Source: Catajapyx aquilonaris
Lineage: Eukaryota
Length of the DNA stretch: 64,000 bases
NCBI GenBank assembly: GCA_000934665.2
Contig: KZ538512.1
Coordinates: 1 to 64,000, forward strand
Direction of reading: 5' to 3'
The translations under genes were made by a program, and so were the position numbers. The notes beneath the pieces were generated by a model. The model ran no database searches. It was not told the DNA's origin and was given only the letters and a program-made list of their open reading frames with translations. Every line of letters starts with the position of its first letter. Within the stretch, counting starts at the first letter, position 1. Of the stretch, positions 26,686 to 38,835 are shown piece after piece.

Positions 26686-26996
26686 AAATGTTGACCGGAA
26701 ATTATACCCTCCAAAACGCATTTCTACGTAATAACCTACAGGTTTATTTACGCGTATGTCATTGCCGTCGTATGTCACTGTGTAGTTAATTGCATCAGGT
26801 CAATTACTTAGTAGTAACGTGCAGTAGATCGCCGGATTAAAATAACGAGGATAAAGTGAACTCATTTAACAACTAAGATTCGCATTTTTATTATTAAAAC
26901 CTGTTTGGGACTCAATGAACCCTACATGATATACATCCAGGTTATACCTTTAGTAATCTCCTAATGCTGCAATGCGAAATGTGACAGCTTATATAC

Positions 26997-27300
26997 CGAA
27001 ATAGTTTTTTGGTTCATGTCCAAAACGCACGTACTGTATTTACAACCATGTGAATGTGTCTTGACTTTTTCGCTTTCGCTACATGCCTCAATCAAACTTA
27101 GTGGAATATGGAAATACTTGTCTTCCTTAGGAGTATTTTAAAACTCTGGAATTGATCCAGGCATATCCACGTGGATAACGTCTTGATCTGGTACCCGTTA
27201 GTTTACTGATAGTGAGTACTCCTTGTCCTTGTGTCCTTGATACAAGGCTTACAACACATGAACAGGGAAGAATTAATGCGAAGTCTCTCTGTCAGCTTGC
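26997..27300 (-). pseudogene. Degenerate P450 exon-3 remnant, copy 3
   Basis: FGHEPKNYFG followed by GT. Colinear with 20614-20900. Confidence 0.7.
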
Positions 27301-27305
27301 CTTAA

Positions 27306-27420
27306 CCTCCTGAGACCCCTAGTACACCTTTCAATCACCGTTTTTTTTACGCGTTTGAGTTAGTCAGAAGGTGCTGGAAAAAACAAAGGTACAGTATACT
27401 GTACTAGGGGTCTCAGGAGG
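27306..27420. mobile_element. piggyBac-like MITE (115 bp)
   Basis: TTAA on both sides and a perfect TIR CCTCCTGAGACCCCTAGTACA. Absent from the paralogous spacer near 20900. Confidence 0.85.
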
Positions 27421-27715
27421 TTAATAATTTACGTAATAGTGCATTAAAAAGCATAACAGTCACGATATACTCTGAAAGGTCACACATTTAGTGAAGCTAT
27501 GCCACTGGTGGGAGATAAAACCTTATCATACCTGTACAATATAATAATTACCTATGTCGAGATTGTTGTAGATCTGAGGACAGGTGACCGATGATATGCC
27601 AAAATCTGTTACGAATCCGTCATGAGGACTTTTAGTCGGCTGAATTTGATTTTTGGACATTTAACGAGTCGTTATTGAAGTGTATTAACATTAGTTTTCA
27701 TAACCAAAATTGCTT

Positions 27716-27762
27716 ATATTACATTATATTATATTATATTATATTATATTATATTATATTAT
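27716..27762. repeat. (TATAT)n pentanucleotide repeat
   Basis: Direct reading of the sequence. Confidence 0.85.
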
Positions 27763-27841
27763 TGGAAAATTTATGCTGGAGGTTTGGACATGGTTTTTTG
27801 GCCTAAAAATGTACAGAAAATATGTACTTGTTCAACTATTA

Positions 27842-28740
27842 CGAGGGCGGTACCAAAATTATTTACAATTTGTTTTTTTTTGCCTAAGGTTCAACGCCCA
27901 TGCAGGTAGTAAAATAGGCACCCATTATAGATAGAATCCTTCTGGAGAAGAATTCACTGGCACTGGCACTGGTCAACCTCTCCAGGGCCTCCAGGAACCA
28001 CTTTTTGGTGGTGCGGCGTAGCCTACCGACTCCCGGACAACTCTTCATAGTAAAAAATGTCCTCGAAATGTCATCGGCGAAGGGACTTTTTAAATATATT
28101 CGAACATATGAAAGTGACTGGAGGCGGGGGGCATGGTGGTCTAGTGGCTATTGTACTGACCAGCCAAGCGGGAGGTCCGGGGTTCAAATCCCATCCGCAT
28201 CAGGCAGTCACCTTCGCTTGGTCGGGTCTCTTTCAGCTTTTCACTCGACATGTCCGCCGGCAGAATTGCACTCCCTTCTCTGCCCATGGCCGAGAGAAAA
28301 GCTCTGGCACATTTAAGAGGGTCAGAAATGACTACTTAAGAACACCCTCCCTTGGGAACCTCCCCCCCCCCCTCCCCTAAGAGCCCTGGCCCTATCACGG
28401 GGAATTACAAACTAACTAACAAAGTCACTGGAAGCCAGGCCAGGGGAGTACGGTGGGTGTGGAAGCACTCAAAGTAACATCCATGGAAAAATCCCTTCGC
28501 TGACGCCATTTTAAGGACATTGTTGATAGTTGATGCTGACTGAGCAGTTGTACGGTAGTAGGTGCTTCGCACCTCCAAAAAGTGGTTCCTGGGAGGCCTG
28601 GAGAGGTTGCCACACCCATGAAACCTGTACATTCGGCTCCGGGAGGGTTCTGTCGATAGTGTGTGCCTATTTGCCAACCAGCATGGTCCCTGTATTTTCG
28701 GCAAAAAAATAAATTATAAATCATTTCGGTACGGCCCTCG
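27842..28740. mobile_element. mariner-like MITE with about 250-bp imperfect inverted arms
   Basis: TA-CGAGGGCGGTACCAAAAT ... ATTTCGGTACGGCCCTCG-TA. Empty site caactattacatacaagg near 21711-21730. Confidence 0.85.
28126..28420 (+). mobile_element. tRNA-derived SINE nested in the mariner MITE
   Basis: A-box TGGTCTAGTGG, B-box GGTTCAAATCC and (CTAA)n tail. TSD aaagt(g/c)actgga(g/a)gc at 28111 and 28421. Confidence 0.82.
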
Positions 28741-29076
28741 TATATATAAGGCTTCACAGCTTTCCTGATTGGTGGCATTGAAAATCAGTGTTTCAAAAGA
28801 ATTGACAGGCTTCTTCAATAAGTACAGGCATGAGCCAAACTCTTGCGATACCAGTATGGTAAGTTCGTATTATATTCTGTTAATTCTGCACAGCAGGAAC
28901 GCACAATTTACACTTTCAATTGACGATACTAAGACTTACTAAATTTTCAGGTACATTTATACAGTATACACATATTTTAATGTGACAGAAAGTGAAAGTG
29001 GAATATGTTTCGAGACGAACTAAATTTTCCACATAGTGTCAAGAGTCACATTTCTTATGTGCTTTAAAGTATTGCA

Positions 29077-30956
29077 TTATTTGTTTCTTTTCTCCAACTT
29101 GAGCCACACTCCATTTTTGGCACGTATCAACTGAGCAGCCAGCGCGTACTTCATGGGAATGTCTGTCTTTTCGGATGGCTGGAATCTAAAGTTCAGCACT
29201 GTCATCGCCAGACCAACTTTGGCTTCCATCATCGCAAAACGCATCCCTGCAAAGTACAATAAAGGAATATTATTTCCCCCGGCTATTTCTGCAAGAAGGC
29301 CATTATAAACTAACAAGGGATGGGGGGGCATGAAGTATATAGTATTTAGATGGTAATTAATTTGAAGAGCAAGAATTATGCCCCACCTAGGCAATTTCGT
29401 GGTCCATGTCCGAAGGGCTGGTAGACGTAAGGATTCCTCTTGGCCTTTTCTTCCGGAGTGAATCTCTCTGGGTCGAACTTGGTTGGATTTGGAAAGTACT
29501 TTTCATCTCGATGAATAGCAAGAGAGGGGAACACAACCATAGTCCCCTTTGGGATAGTCATGTCAGTTCCTGGGACCGGATAGTCTTTGGTGCATGTCCG
29601 CATCAACTTGTGCAGTGGAGAGTGCAGCCGAAGTGTCTCTGAAATTTATAGAATTATTTAAAACGGCATTTTGATTCCATGAAATTATACGAACCATGAA
29701 TGATTTTGTCCAGGTACTCCATTTCCATGATGCCATCGTAGCTTAATTTTCCGCCGTGCCTCTCCAGGACTTCTGTCACCTCATCGAAGAGTGTCTCTTG
29801 GATGTCAGGATTTAAGGCCAGCTCATAGGCTACAAAGCTGAGTGTATTCGCTGTGGTTTCAAATCCAGCAATAAAGAATATAATCGACTGCGCGATAATG
29901 AGAGGCTCATTCAGTACTGAAAAGAAATGGAAAGTTGTATATTGGATGCTTTGATATAGTGATTTGTATTATTTTATAGTGTACTTGTACGCCGACCTTA
30001 CCTGCTTTTGAAAGTGCCCTCCGTTTTTCAGCAGTTTTTTCGTCAGTACTGGCGTTATATCCCAAAAAATTATCGGATTCCCCTTCCTCTTGCAAATCAC
30101 CCTTTTTGGCGTCTAGAAGCAGCTGGAGGAAGTCCTTGCCCTTGATTCCACTCTTCTCACGTTCCGAAACAGTCTCCTTCACCATATTGGCAAAAAAATC
30201 TATCGGCTCAAAGCCCGGAAGTGGCACAATCATGCTGAGGTACTCGAAGAACCGGGGGAATGCCATGAAGAACAGCCCGGCGATGAGTTCCACAGGAGGA
30301 GGATTCATCAACCGATTGGCCATTTTGGGAAAGATTGCTTCCGGATCCTCCAGTGAGTTGCACTTGACTCCAAAAGCTGTGCTGGCGATGACATCCATTG
30401 TGAACCGACCGTAAGCATCTTTGAACTCCAGCTCCTCTCCGTTCCTGGCCTTAGTTTCAAAGTACTCAACCAGATGGTCTCCACACTCGCACACTCCCTG
30501 GAATATCCTCTTCATCTTGCCCGAAGTGAAGGTCGGGGTCATCACATTCCTCACGTCCTTCCACTGCTGTCCGGATAAATTGCTCACCATCAGGTTTATG
30601 TACTCCGCCTTCTTCCCAAAGTCAACGTTCATCCGGTCCACAAAATGGTCAAAGTCTCTTATGAATATGTTCTTGAACAGATCCGGATCAACGCAGAACA
30701 GCACGGGCATCACGGCTAATTCAACCACCCCTCCGAACTTTTTTCCCCTGAAGTGCTCGTAAATGGCCATGTCTACATCTCCCATGGATTTGGTCACAAA
30801 AATGGTACGGAAAAATGTGGTCCAGTATGCTGCCGGAGAGTAGTCCGGAAAACCTCTGACCCTCCAATATCTGTAACTCCGGATGAGAAGGAAGGCCGAA
30901 ATTGCAGACAAAATAACCACAGGCACTAACACGATGTACAAGAGGTACTGCCACAT
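29077..30956 (-). CDS. Cytochrome P450 gene 7 (lineage A), about 532 aa
   Basis: Exons 30956-30002, 29916-29695, 29638-29387, 29246-29077. Motifs intact. Confidence 0.96.
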
Positions 30957-31412
30957 CCTGGTGACTCAGCGAGAGAAGTGCGACTGTTTGACCTTCTCGG
31001 CTTCGACCGAGTCGTCCGACTGTAGACTGGTGAAGGTTGAGGATTTTGAAGGCCCTATAGGGCTCTGCTATTTACGCAGCACAGACCGTGCGCAGACCCA
31101 AGGCCGATCTTAGTTGATGTGGTTGCTCGGGAGTGTGACGTGCGAGCCTGCAAAATTATCTCACTCATTGAATATAATTATTAAGGTCAAAGTCGAGTTT
31201 ACGTGCTCCAGGACAAATTTGTACACACTACAAAGGTAATTAACAGGCACCGGGAGGAACTTGGGGAGAAGTGTTAAGATTTCATTACATTTAGATTAAT
31301 AAACCTAGAACCCCCTATACATTCTGATACAATTTTCTGAAAATGAACATCGACAATATAATTCATCTGTAAAAGAAAAGTGTACAGTACCCCATTTCTA
31401 TATGTATGTGGG

Positions 31413-31467
31413 CAGGGAGCATATACTATATAGTATATAGTATATAGTATGTAGTATATGCTCCCTG
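31413..31467. mobile_element. 55-bp mini-MITE, P-element-like
   Basis: TIR CAGGGAGCATATACTA and 7-bp direct repeat ATGTGGG on both sides. Confidence 0.65.
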
Positions 31468-31931
31468 ATGTGGGTTTGAGTTGCTTTACACAAGTTAGTC
31501 GGAGTTATACTGTATTTATCCTGTCGGAAGGGAGTAAACGGAAGGGCATGATAACGTCGTTTCCATGCAGCCTTGGTCTACAATAACGCAGCCACAGTTG
31601 TAGGAAATGCTGTTGGGCTACATGATACGATGAACCATTTAACCTAAATTTATGACTTAATGTTTTTCTCTAATCAAATCTTCGAGCAGTTTAAACCACT
31701 TCAGAGGAGACTATCGCATGACACTTATGGATAAAAAAAAAATAGATCTTGCCACATCATGAAATAAGTTTTACTGTTATACTTTATGAAAGACAGTTTT
31801 AAATATTTATTGTTACAATTCTTCACTGAGAAGCCATTTAGTTAATATTAGACCAATAACATTAAAATAAGCACTTTCACCGGACGTCACAGGGAAATAC
31901 AAAATTGTACGTGTATAAAAATGATTGAGGC

Positions 31932-34306
31932 CTATTCCCTCTTCTCTATATGGAGCCAGACTCCATTTTTGGGCCGACTGACTGGGGAAATAAAAGAATA
32001 CTTCAAAGGAATCTCCGTCTTCTGAGATGGCCGGAAACGGAAGTGAAGTATGGTCATCGCCATCGCAGCTTTTGTTTCCATCAGTGCAAATCTCATGCCT
32101 GAAAATGAAGAAAAAAGCATTAGATTGCATTTAAAAGTAGTCGATCTTGAGATATCTCTTATCCCCATCTTACCGACGCAGTTTCGTGGACCGTGCCCGA
32201 AGGGCTGGTAGATGTATGGACATCTCTTAGCCTTTTCTTCGTGGCTGAATCGCTCTGGGTCAAACTTCTTCGGATTTGGGAAGTACTGCTCGTCCAGATG
32301 TAGGGCATATTCAGGAATTGACACGAGCATACCTTTCGGGATTATTGCGTCTGACCCAGGGATTTTGTAGTCTTTGGTGCACAGCCTTAAATTCCTGAAT
32401 ATAGGAGCATGCAAGCGAAGAGTTTCTGAAAGAAATTTATTGAAATATTTTAAGCATTAAAAAAACTGACATTGCATGATAATAACCGAAATTCGTTGGC
32501 AATGAACGATTAATCCGCACCCGGATAATCGGGAGTACAGTGTATTTTGAAATACAGGATGAAACAGGCGTGACGCAACTTTTTCAAGCACTGAACAGTA
32601 CTGGAAGGATCTACCCTGAAACAAACTGGTTCAACCTCTTCCCTGAGGCTCCAAGGAGTCAAAGTGGGTCATCTCTAATGTTTTCAGACAAGAATGATGT
32701 CAATGCCTGAATCCTTCCATCCAATTAATATTAACGGAAAGAAATATCTTCGATTCTTAAAGGTAATCGTCAGGAAGAACTTTTTGAAAGCTAGTACCGT
32801 TGTTCATAATGTAGAACAGATTGCAGCTAAAAACTATAGAACGTCACAGTAAACCCACTGTATGAGCATGTAGAACCATAGATATTAAATTTAAATTACT
32901 TTTTAAAAGCTACAGTATGTGTATTACTGAATGAGATTTTAATTGCCCAGAACGTGGTTTGTTTGACTGTACCTTTGGACCGAGAGGCTGCTTCATAATG
33001 CTAATTTGTGACCACCAGCTGGTATATCTTACCGTGAATAATTTTTTCGAGCAGATTCATCTCCAGGATGCCGTCGTAAGTGACCTGACCTTTGTGTCTA
33101 GATACCACCTCCTCAACTTCCTCATGTAATTTCTCCTGCACTTCCGGGTTGAGGGCCAATTCGTAGGCTATGTAAGACAGGGTGTTGGAAGTAGTTTCGT
33201 AGCCAGCATTGAAGAATAATATGCACTGCGCGATGAGGAGAGAGTCGTTTAGTACTGAAAGACAAGAGCATATATGAAAGTATTACAGTCATAAGCAATT
33301 CAATTATAACGTCCTGTATGTAAGCAGAATACGGTATTACCGTACCTGCTTTGGAAAATTCTTTCCGTTCTTCTCTTGTCTTGTGGTCAGTGGCTTTGCT
33401 GTAACCTATGATATGATCCGACTCTGCTTCTTCCTCTAACTCTCCTTTCCTAGCGTCCAAAAGCATCTGCAAGAAGTCGTTTCCTTTGATTCCAGTCTTT
33501 TCTCGATCTGCTATCGTGTCTTTTACTACGTCGGCAAAGAAATTCATGGGCTCCTCGTTGTTGGGCAGAGGAAGTCGAATTGCGCGTAAAAATTTGACGA
33601 ATCTTGGAAAAAGAAACGCCCCGACCGTCATAAGAAATGCGCTGGCTCCTGGAAACAGAAGATTTCTGGCCATCCTGGGAAACAGAGCGTCCTTCTCCTT
33701 GAACGAATTGCACTTGACCCCGAAGGCAGAAGCTGCGATCACGTCCATTGTGAACCTCCCGTAGGCGTCTTTTAGCTCAAATTCATCTCCCTTCTCTGCC
33801 ATACTCTCAAAAAACGCCTCCAATTCCTTGCCACAGTCACTAAAGGATGGAAAAATCCTCTTGATTTTTCCGGAAGTAAATGCCGGGGTCAAAACATTCC
33901 TGACGTCCTTCCATTTTTGACCTGACAAGTTGGTCACATTCAGATTCATGTACTCCATCCTTTCTCCTTGATCGAAAATGAACCTGTCAACAAAGTGATC
34001 GAAATCTTTCACAAAAACATGCCTCATCAGTTCAGGGTCTAGGATCCACACATTGGGTCCGAGCATGTCAATAACTCCTGCGAACTTCTTTCCGGACAGT
34101 TCCTTGTAGACTGCCAGATCGGCATCTCCGTGGGATTTGGTCACAAATAAGGTGTAAAAGAAGTGTTTCCAGAAGGAGGTCACTGGCAGGGAATCACTGA
34201 AACCCTTCAGTTCCCAGAACCCCCTATACCTCAGATATAGTCCAGCCAGTAGTAAGATCAGCCCCACAAAAGGGATGATAAAGAGACACACGAGTAAGCA
34301 CCACAT
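31932..34306 (-). CDS. Cytochrome P450 gene 8 (lineage B), about 533 aa
   Basis: Exons 34306-33346, 33254-33033, 32425-32174, 32098-31932. I-helix FFNAGYETTSNT, plus [18 protein letters not shown]. Confidence 0.95.
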
Positions 34307-34420
34307 TGCGGAGACACTATAGGCACAGTCTCACCTCGGCGACGTCTGGACGCCGACTGATCTGAAATAGTGCAAGTTTGGCAGTGCAGTCTGCTATACT
34401 GTTACAAGTGCAACAGGAAG

Positions 34421-34429
34421 TCAAGGCCA
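34421..34429 (+). promoter_or_regulatory. FTZ-F1/NR5A-type site TCAAGGCCA upstream of gene 8 (representative of a recurring motif)
   Basis: Exact match to consensus YCAAGGYCR, 115 bp from the ATG. Similar sites lie upstream of most genes in the array. Confidence 0.45.
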
Positions 34430-34530
34430 TGCAGTAACGCGCATCGATTGTACTTAACATTGGTGATGCCCATTCGAGTACCAGAAATAGCCGGTATCGA
34501 CAGGTCTGATGAATATTTGGTATCAGAAAA

Positions 34531-34735
34531 TTACTCGCTCATTTTCATCTAGATACCGTCGATCTGAACTCATACAATAATAATTATTGTATGAGTTCAG
34601 ATCGACGGTATCTAGATGAAAATGAGCGAGTAAAATTGGAACTACAGTATAAAATACGTGTACTGTGCTGTACTTCTTCAAATTATTTGAAAAAGTACAG
34701 CACAGTACACGTATTTTATACCGAAGTTCCAATTT
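34531..34735. repeat. Two abutting 103-nt palindromes
   Basis: 34531-34633 has perfect 51-bp arms around a 1-nt centre. 34633-34735 has 51-bp arms with 3 mismatches. Confidence 0.95.
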
Positions 34736-36074
34736 CACTATGTACGGTGATTCAAAATGCAAGCGTGGAAAGCGACATGAAGTATTTTCCTGATTTAGCC
34801 AGATCCCTTTTTTGGCACGGGAGGTGGGGAAGCTAAAAAATATTTCCTAGGAATTTCTCTATTTTGGGATGGACGGAAGTGTAAAATGAAGTGCGGTCGT
34901 TGGCAGTGCTGCTTTGGTTTCCAACTTCCCAAATCGCGTGCCTGACGGAAGCAAGGGAAGAGGTGCAAATCCATTACACGCGTACTAAAATGCCAAAAAG
35001 AAGTTTATGTTTTTGGAAGCAGATTTAGCAATGAATTCAACTGTTCCGTGGCGTTTAGCTGAACCATGTATTATTTACTACAGGTCACTGACAAGTCCAG
35101 ATATAATATTCACAGTACTTTTATGACACAATCACAGATCTCTATATAAATCAGTCACGAGTAATGTGATTGTAATACAGTATCTGATGAAGATAGTGTA
35201 ATCATGCGACTGAGGATAACTCCTGTAATATCAGCACATGTTTTTCGTGGTGTTTTATCAGTTTTGTTCTATATTTCATAATGAAGTTAGTTTTGCCTAT
35301 GATGGATAGTCTACATTTGAAATTTACCTCATTTGTAGGAATCGAGAGAAACACTGTTCTTAGTGTGTGCTGACCTTATTTACCTTTCCAACTAAATAAA
35401 TTGGCACTCTAATTTCAGCCACATGTGTTATTTGAATTAGAGTTGCCCATGTAGTGCTGTTGTGCAGTTGGCATTGCGAAAGGGAGTAAACGGAAGTGAA
35501 TAATGTTAGCATTGCCATGTAACCTTGGTCTATAATAATGCAGCAGCAGCTATGGGAAGTGATATCGGACTACCCGCGACGGATACCTTTAACAAAATTT
35601 TCTGAAAACAAACCCCCAGTTTTCTATCATAACCATGTATACCTATCGTGTATAGAATTGGCATGATTCCGTGGTTGGTTTTCTCGTAAGTATTTTATCC
35701 TCCACGTTGTCATTTTATCGTGAAAGTGCAGTGCTCTTTATCGGTTACCTTGGGACAGTGTGTGGCCTTTAAAACATATGGGAGAGGTATTTATCATCTT
35801 ACTGTTAGTCAAGTTAGCAGTATCTATCAGTAACAAGTATTATAGAATCTCATGATACGCTTATTGGGTGGTTCCCAAGTTTCAGTAGTATTCTTGATAT
35901 CAGCGACTTATCTAAAGAAGGAAAAATGTCGCGCTTTTACTCTCTAGTATATTGGATTATGAGGGACTCATGAAATCATGTATTGGGTAAATAATATGCC
36001 GCTAAAATAAGTTTTTTTAATGAGAACAAGTGCAGGGCTTTATTATGGGCGAAGAATATGAAAGAAGTGAATTC

Positions 36075-38835
36075 TTATTCGTTTCTCTTTTCTACGTTGA
36101 GCCAGACGCCATTTGTGGCACGACTGATGTTGGCTGACAACGAATACTTCATAGGAATCGGCGTCTTCTCGGATGGTAGGAAGCGGAAGCGAAGAATGGT
36201 TGTTGCCAAAGCAGCTTTAGCTTCCATCAAGGCAAATCGCATTCCTAGAGTGGGAGAAAATTAGAAAAATTATAACACGCAATAACTGTTATTCTAGATC
36301 TAGAATATACTTTTTTTCGCTCATTTAGGCCTATATTACTTTTTCTTAGGTCAGATCATGTAACAAATAATACTTCATAAGAAGATGGTATACCCCAGAG
36401 GAGAAGGGTGAGAAGGGTTACAGTATAATAGTATTATGAGGTTCTCGAGAAATGATATTAATATATCAGTGCCCTCATCAGCAGTCAATATTATTGTTTC
36501 TGTATCGATACACTTGCAAGCATTTTGTCACATTTTTATATATTGAGTTAAAATTACACATTGCATTAACGTTTCATTTAGTTATACAGTATATTCGTAA
36601 TATTACTTTTCATACCAATGAATTTGACGTTTTCCATCACTTGGTGCAGAGGCATTTTGTGACAAACGAAACACGAGGCTGTTTTCAGAAAAGAAATCAA
36701 TTTTTGACTTATAGCATATCTAGCTTGTTGACAAAACCGTGATGCTTATCTTTTACAAAACTCAGATAAACTGTCATGATTCTTTTAGTCAAAACCCCAA
36801 AGGGGCATGTTACGTAGCACACTATGACAATCTTACCAATGCAGTTGCGTGGCCCATGTCCAAATGGCTGAAAAACGTAAGGGCTTCTCTTGGCTTTTTC
36901 TTCACGACTGAACCTTTCTGGATCGAACTTGGTTGGATTCGGGTAGTAACGCTCGTCGCGGTGTATCGCAAAGGCTGGAAAGGACACCAGGGTGCCCTTC
37001 TGGAGTACCGTGTCTGTACCCGGGATCTGATAGTCTCTGGTGCACTTTCTGCTAAGTCTAAATGTAGGAATGTGCAAGCGAAGGGTTTCTGAAATAAATA
37101 AATAAATAAATAAATAAACTAGCAATTGATGATGACCACGACTTCAACAATAAGACTTCTACATGCTTAGCTTAAATGACGTCACATTAGATAAAAATTC
37201 ATGCACCCCCGCCAATTTTCATGCCCAGCGTGGTTCTATTCGGGCATTCAATTATTTATTGTAGCACTTCTGGGAGATAATTAACCGACTAAAATAAATT
37301 CAATATTATCCGCCTTTCCTTTACACATGGCTCCATTAGGAATATATGGCCTCTCTTTGTTACGTAACAGAAATATCTCACCATGAAATACTTTGTCCAG
37401 TAGTTCCATCTCCATGACGCCTTCGTAAGTGACTTGGCCCTCATGTTTGTCAACGACCCTTTTAATCTCCTCATACAACTCTTCTTGAATTTCTGGATGG
37501 AGGGCCAACTCGTAGGCAGCAAATCCGAGCGTGTTGGCAGTGGTCTCGTAGCCAGCAATGAAGAATATTACGCACTGAGCGATTATCAATGACTCATCCA
37601 AAACTGGAAGTACAGAGTTATTTTTATGTGATTCTGAGATAAGCAGTGCTACCCACTAACACAGAAGGTTATTCCTGTGTTCCAGTTGAGGTAATAGATA
37701 TTAGCACGTGGGTGGACGTATTTTTTAGCCAGCAGAAAATGGTTTCTACAATTTATTATTAACTTTAGGTTCCAGTGGGTCTGATGAGAATTGCAATTCA
37801 GAACCAGAATATTAGCATATATTTTTCCTGCTCTACTTAATATTAGAAGAATATAAAACGAAACATGTTATTAACACCCACAACATGCTTACCTGATTTG
37901 GAGAGCTCTTGGTTTTTCTTCACATTTGCAGTGTCTTCATGGACCTCATCAGACTCGGTTTCATGTTTTAACTCTCCCTTTCTCGCGTCCAGAAGCAGCT
38001 GTAAAAAGTCGTTTCCTTTCACCCCAGTCCTTTCGCGCTCTGCAATCGTCTCTTTTGCGATGTCCGCAAAAAAATTCATGGCCTCTGAATAATTGGGCAT
38101 AGGAAATCTTATGGCTCGTAAAAAGTTCATGAATTTCGGGAACCTTAATGACAACATTAAGGTTATGAACAGGCTTAGCGGAGGACACATCATCCTGTCC
38201 GCCATCTTAGGGAAAATTGCGTCCTTGTCTATGAAGGAATTGCACTTGACCCCGAAGGCAGTGGCCGCGATCACATCCATTGTGAACCTTCCGTAGGCGT
38301 CTTTCACCTCCACTTCCTCTCCACTTTTGGCAAATGTATCAAAATAGTCCATCATCTGTTCACTACTACGACACACCGAAGGAAAGATGTGTTTGATTTT
38401 TCCGGAAGTAAAGGTCGGGGATATGACACTTCTTACATCCTTCCATAGTTCTCCTGATAGGTTGCTTAAAATCAGGTTCACATACTTTAGCTGATCTCCC
38501 AGGTTGAAAGTGGGCCTGTCCACAAAGTGTTCAAAATCTTTCACAAAAATGTGCTTCATCAGTTCAGGATCTAGAATCCACACATTCGGCCCAAACATGT
38601 CAATAGCCCCAACAAATCTCATCCCCAACACTTTTTTGTAAACCTCTTGCATGGCAATTCCGTTTGACTTAGTCACGAACATTGCGTGAAAATAACACTT
38701 CCAAAAGAGAGTCGCCGGTAGGCCCGGGACTCCTCTTTTCTTCCAGTAGCTTCCACTCCACCACAGGAATATGGTGACCAATAAGGCCACCCCCACCAGT
38801 GGGATTAAAGGAAGGCACAGCAACCACCACCACAT
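36075..38835 (-). CDS. Cytochrome P450 gene 9 (lineage C), about 528 aa
   Basis: Exons 38835-37893, 37603-37382, 37088-36837, 36244-36075. Motifs [24 protein letters not shown]. Confidence 0.95.
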
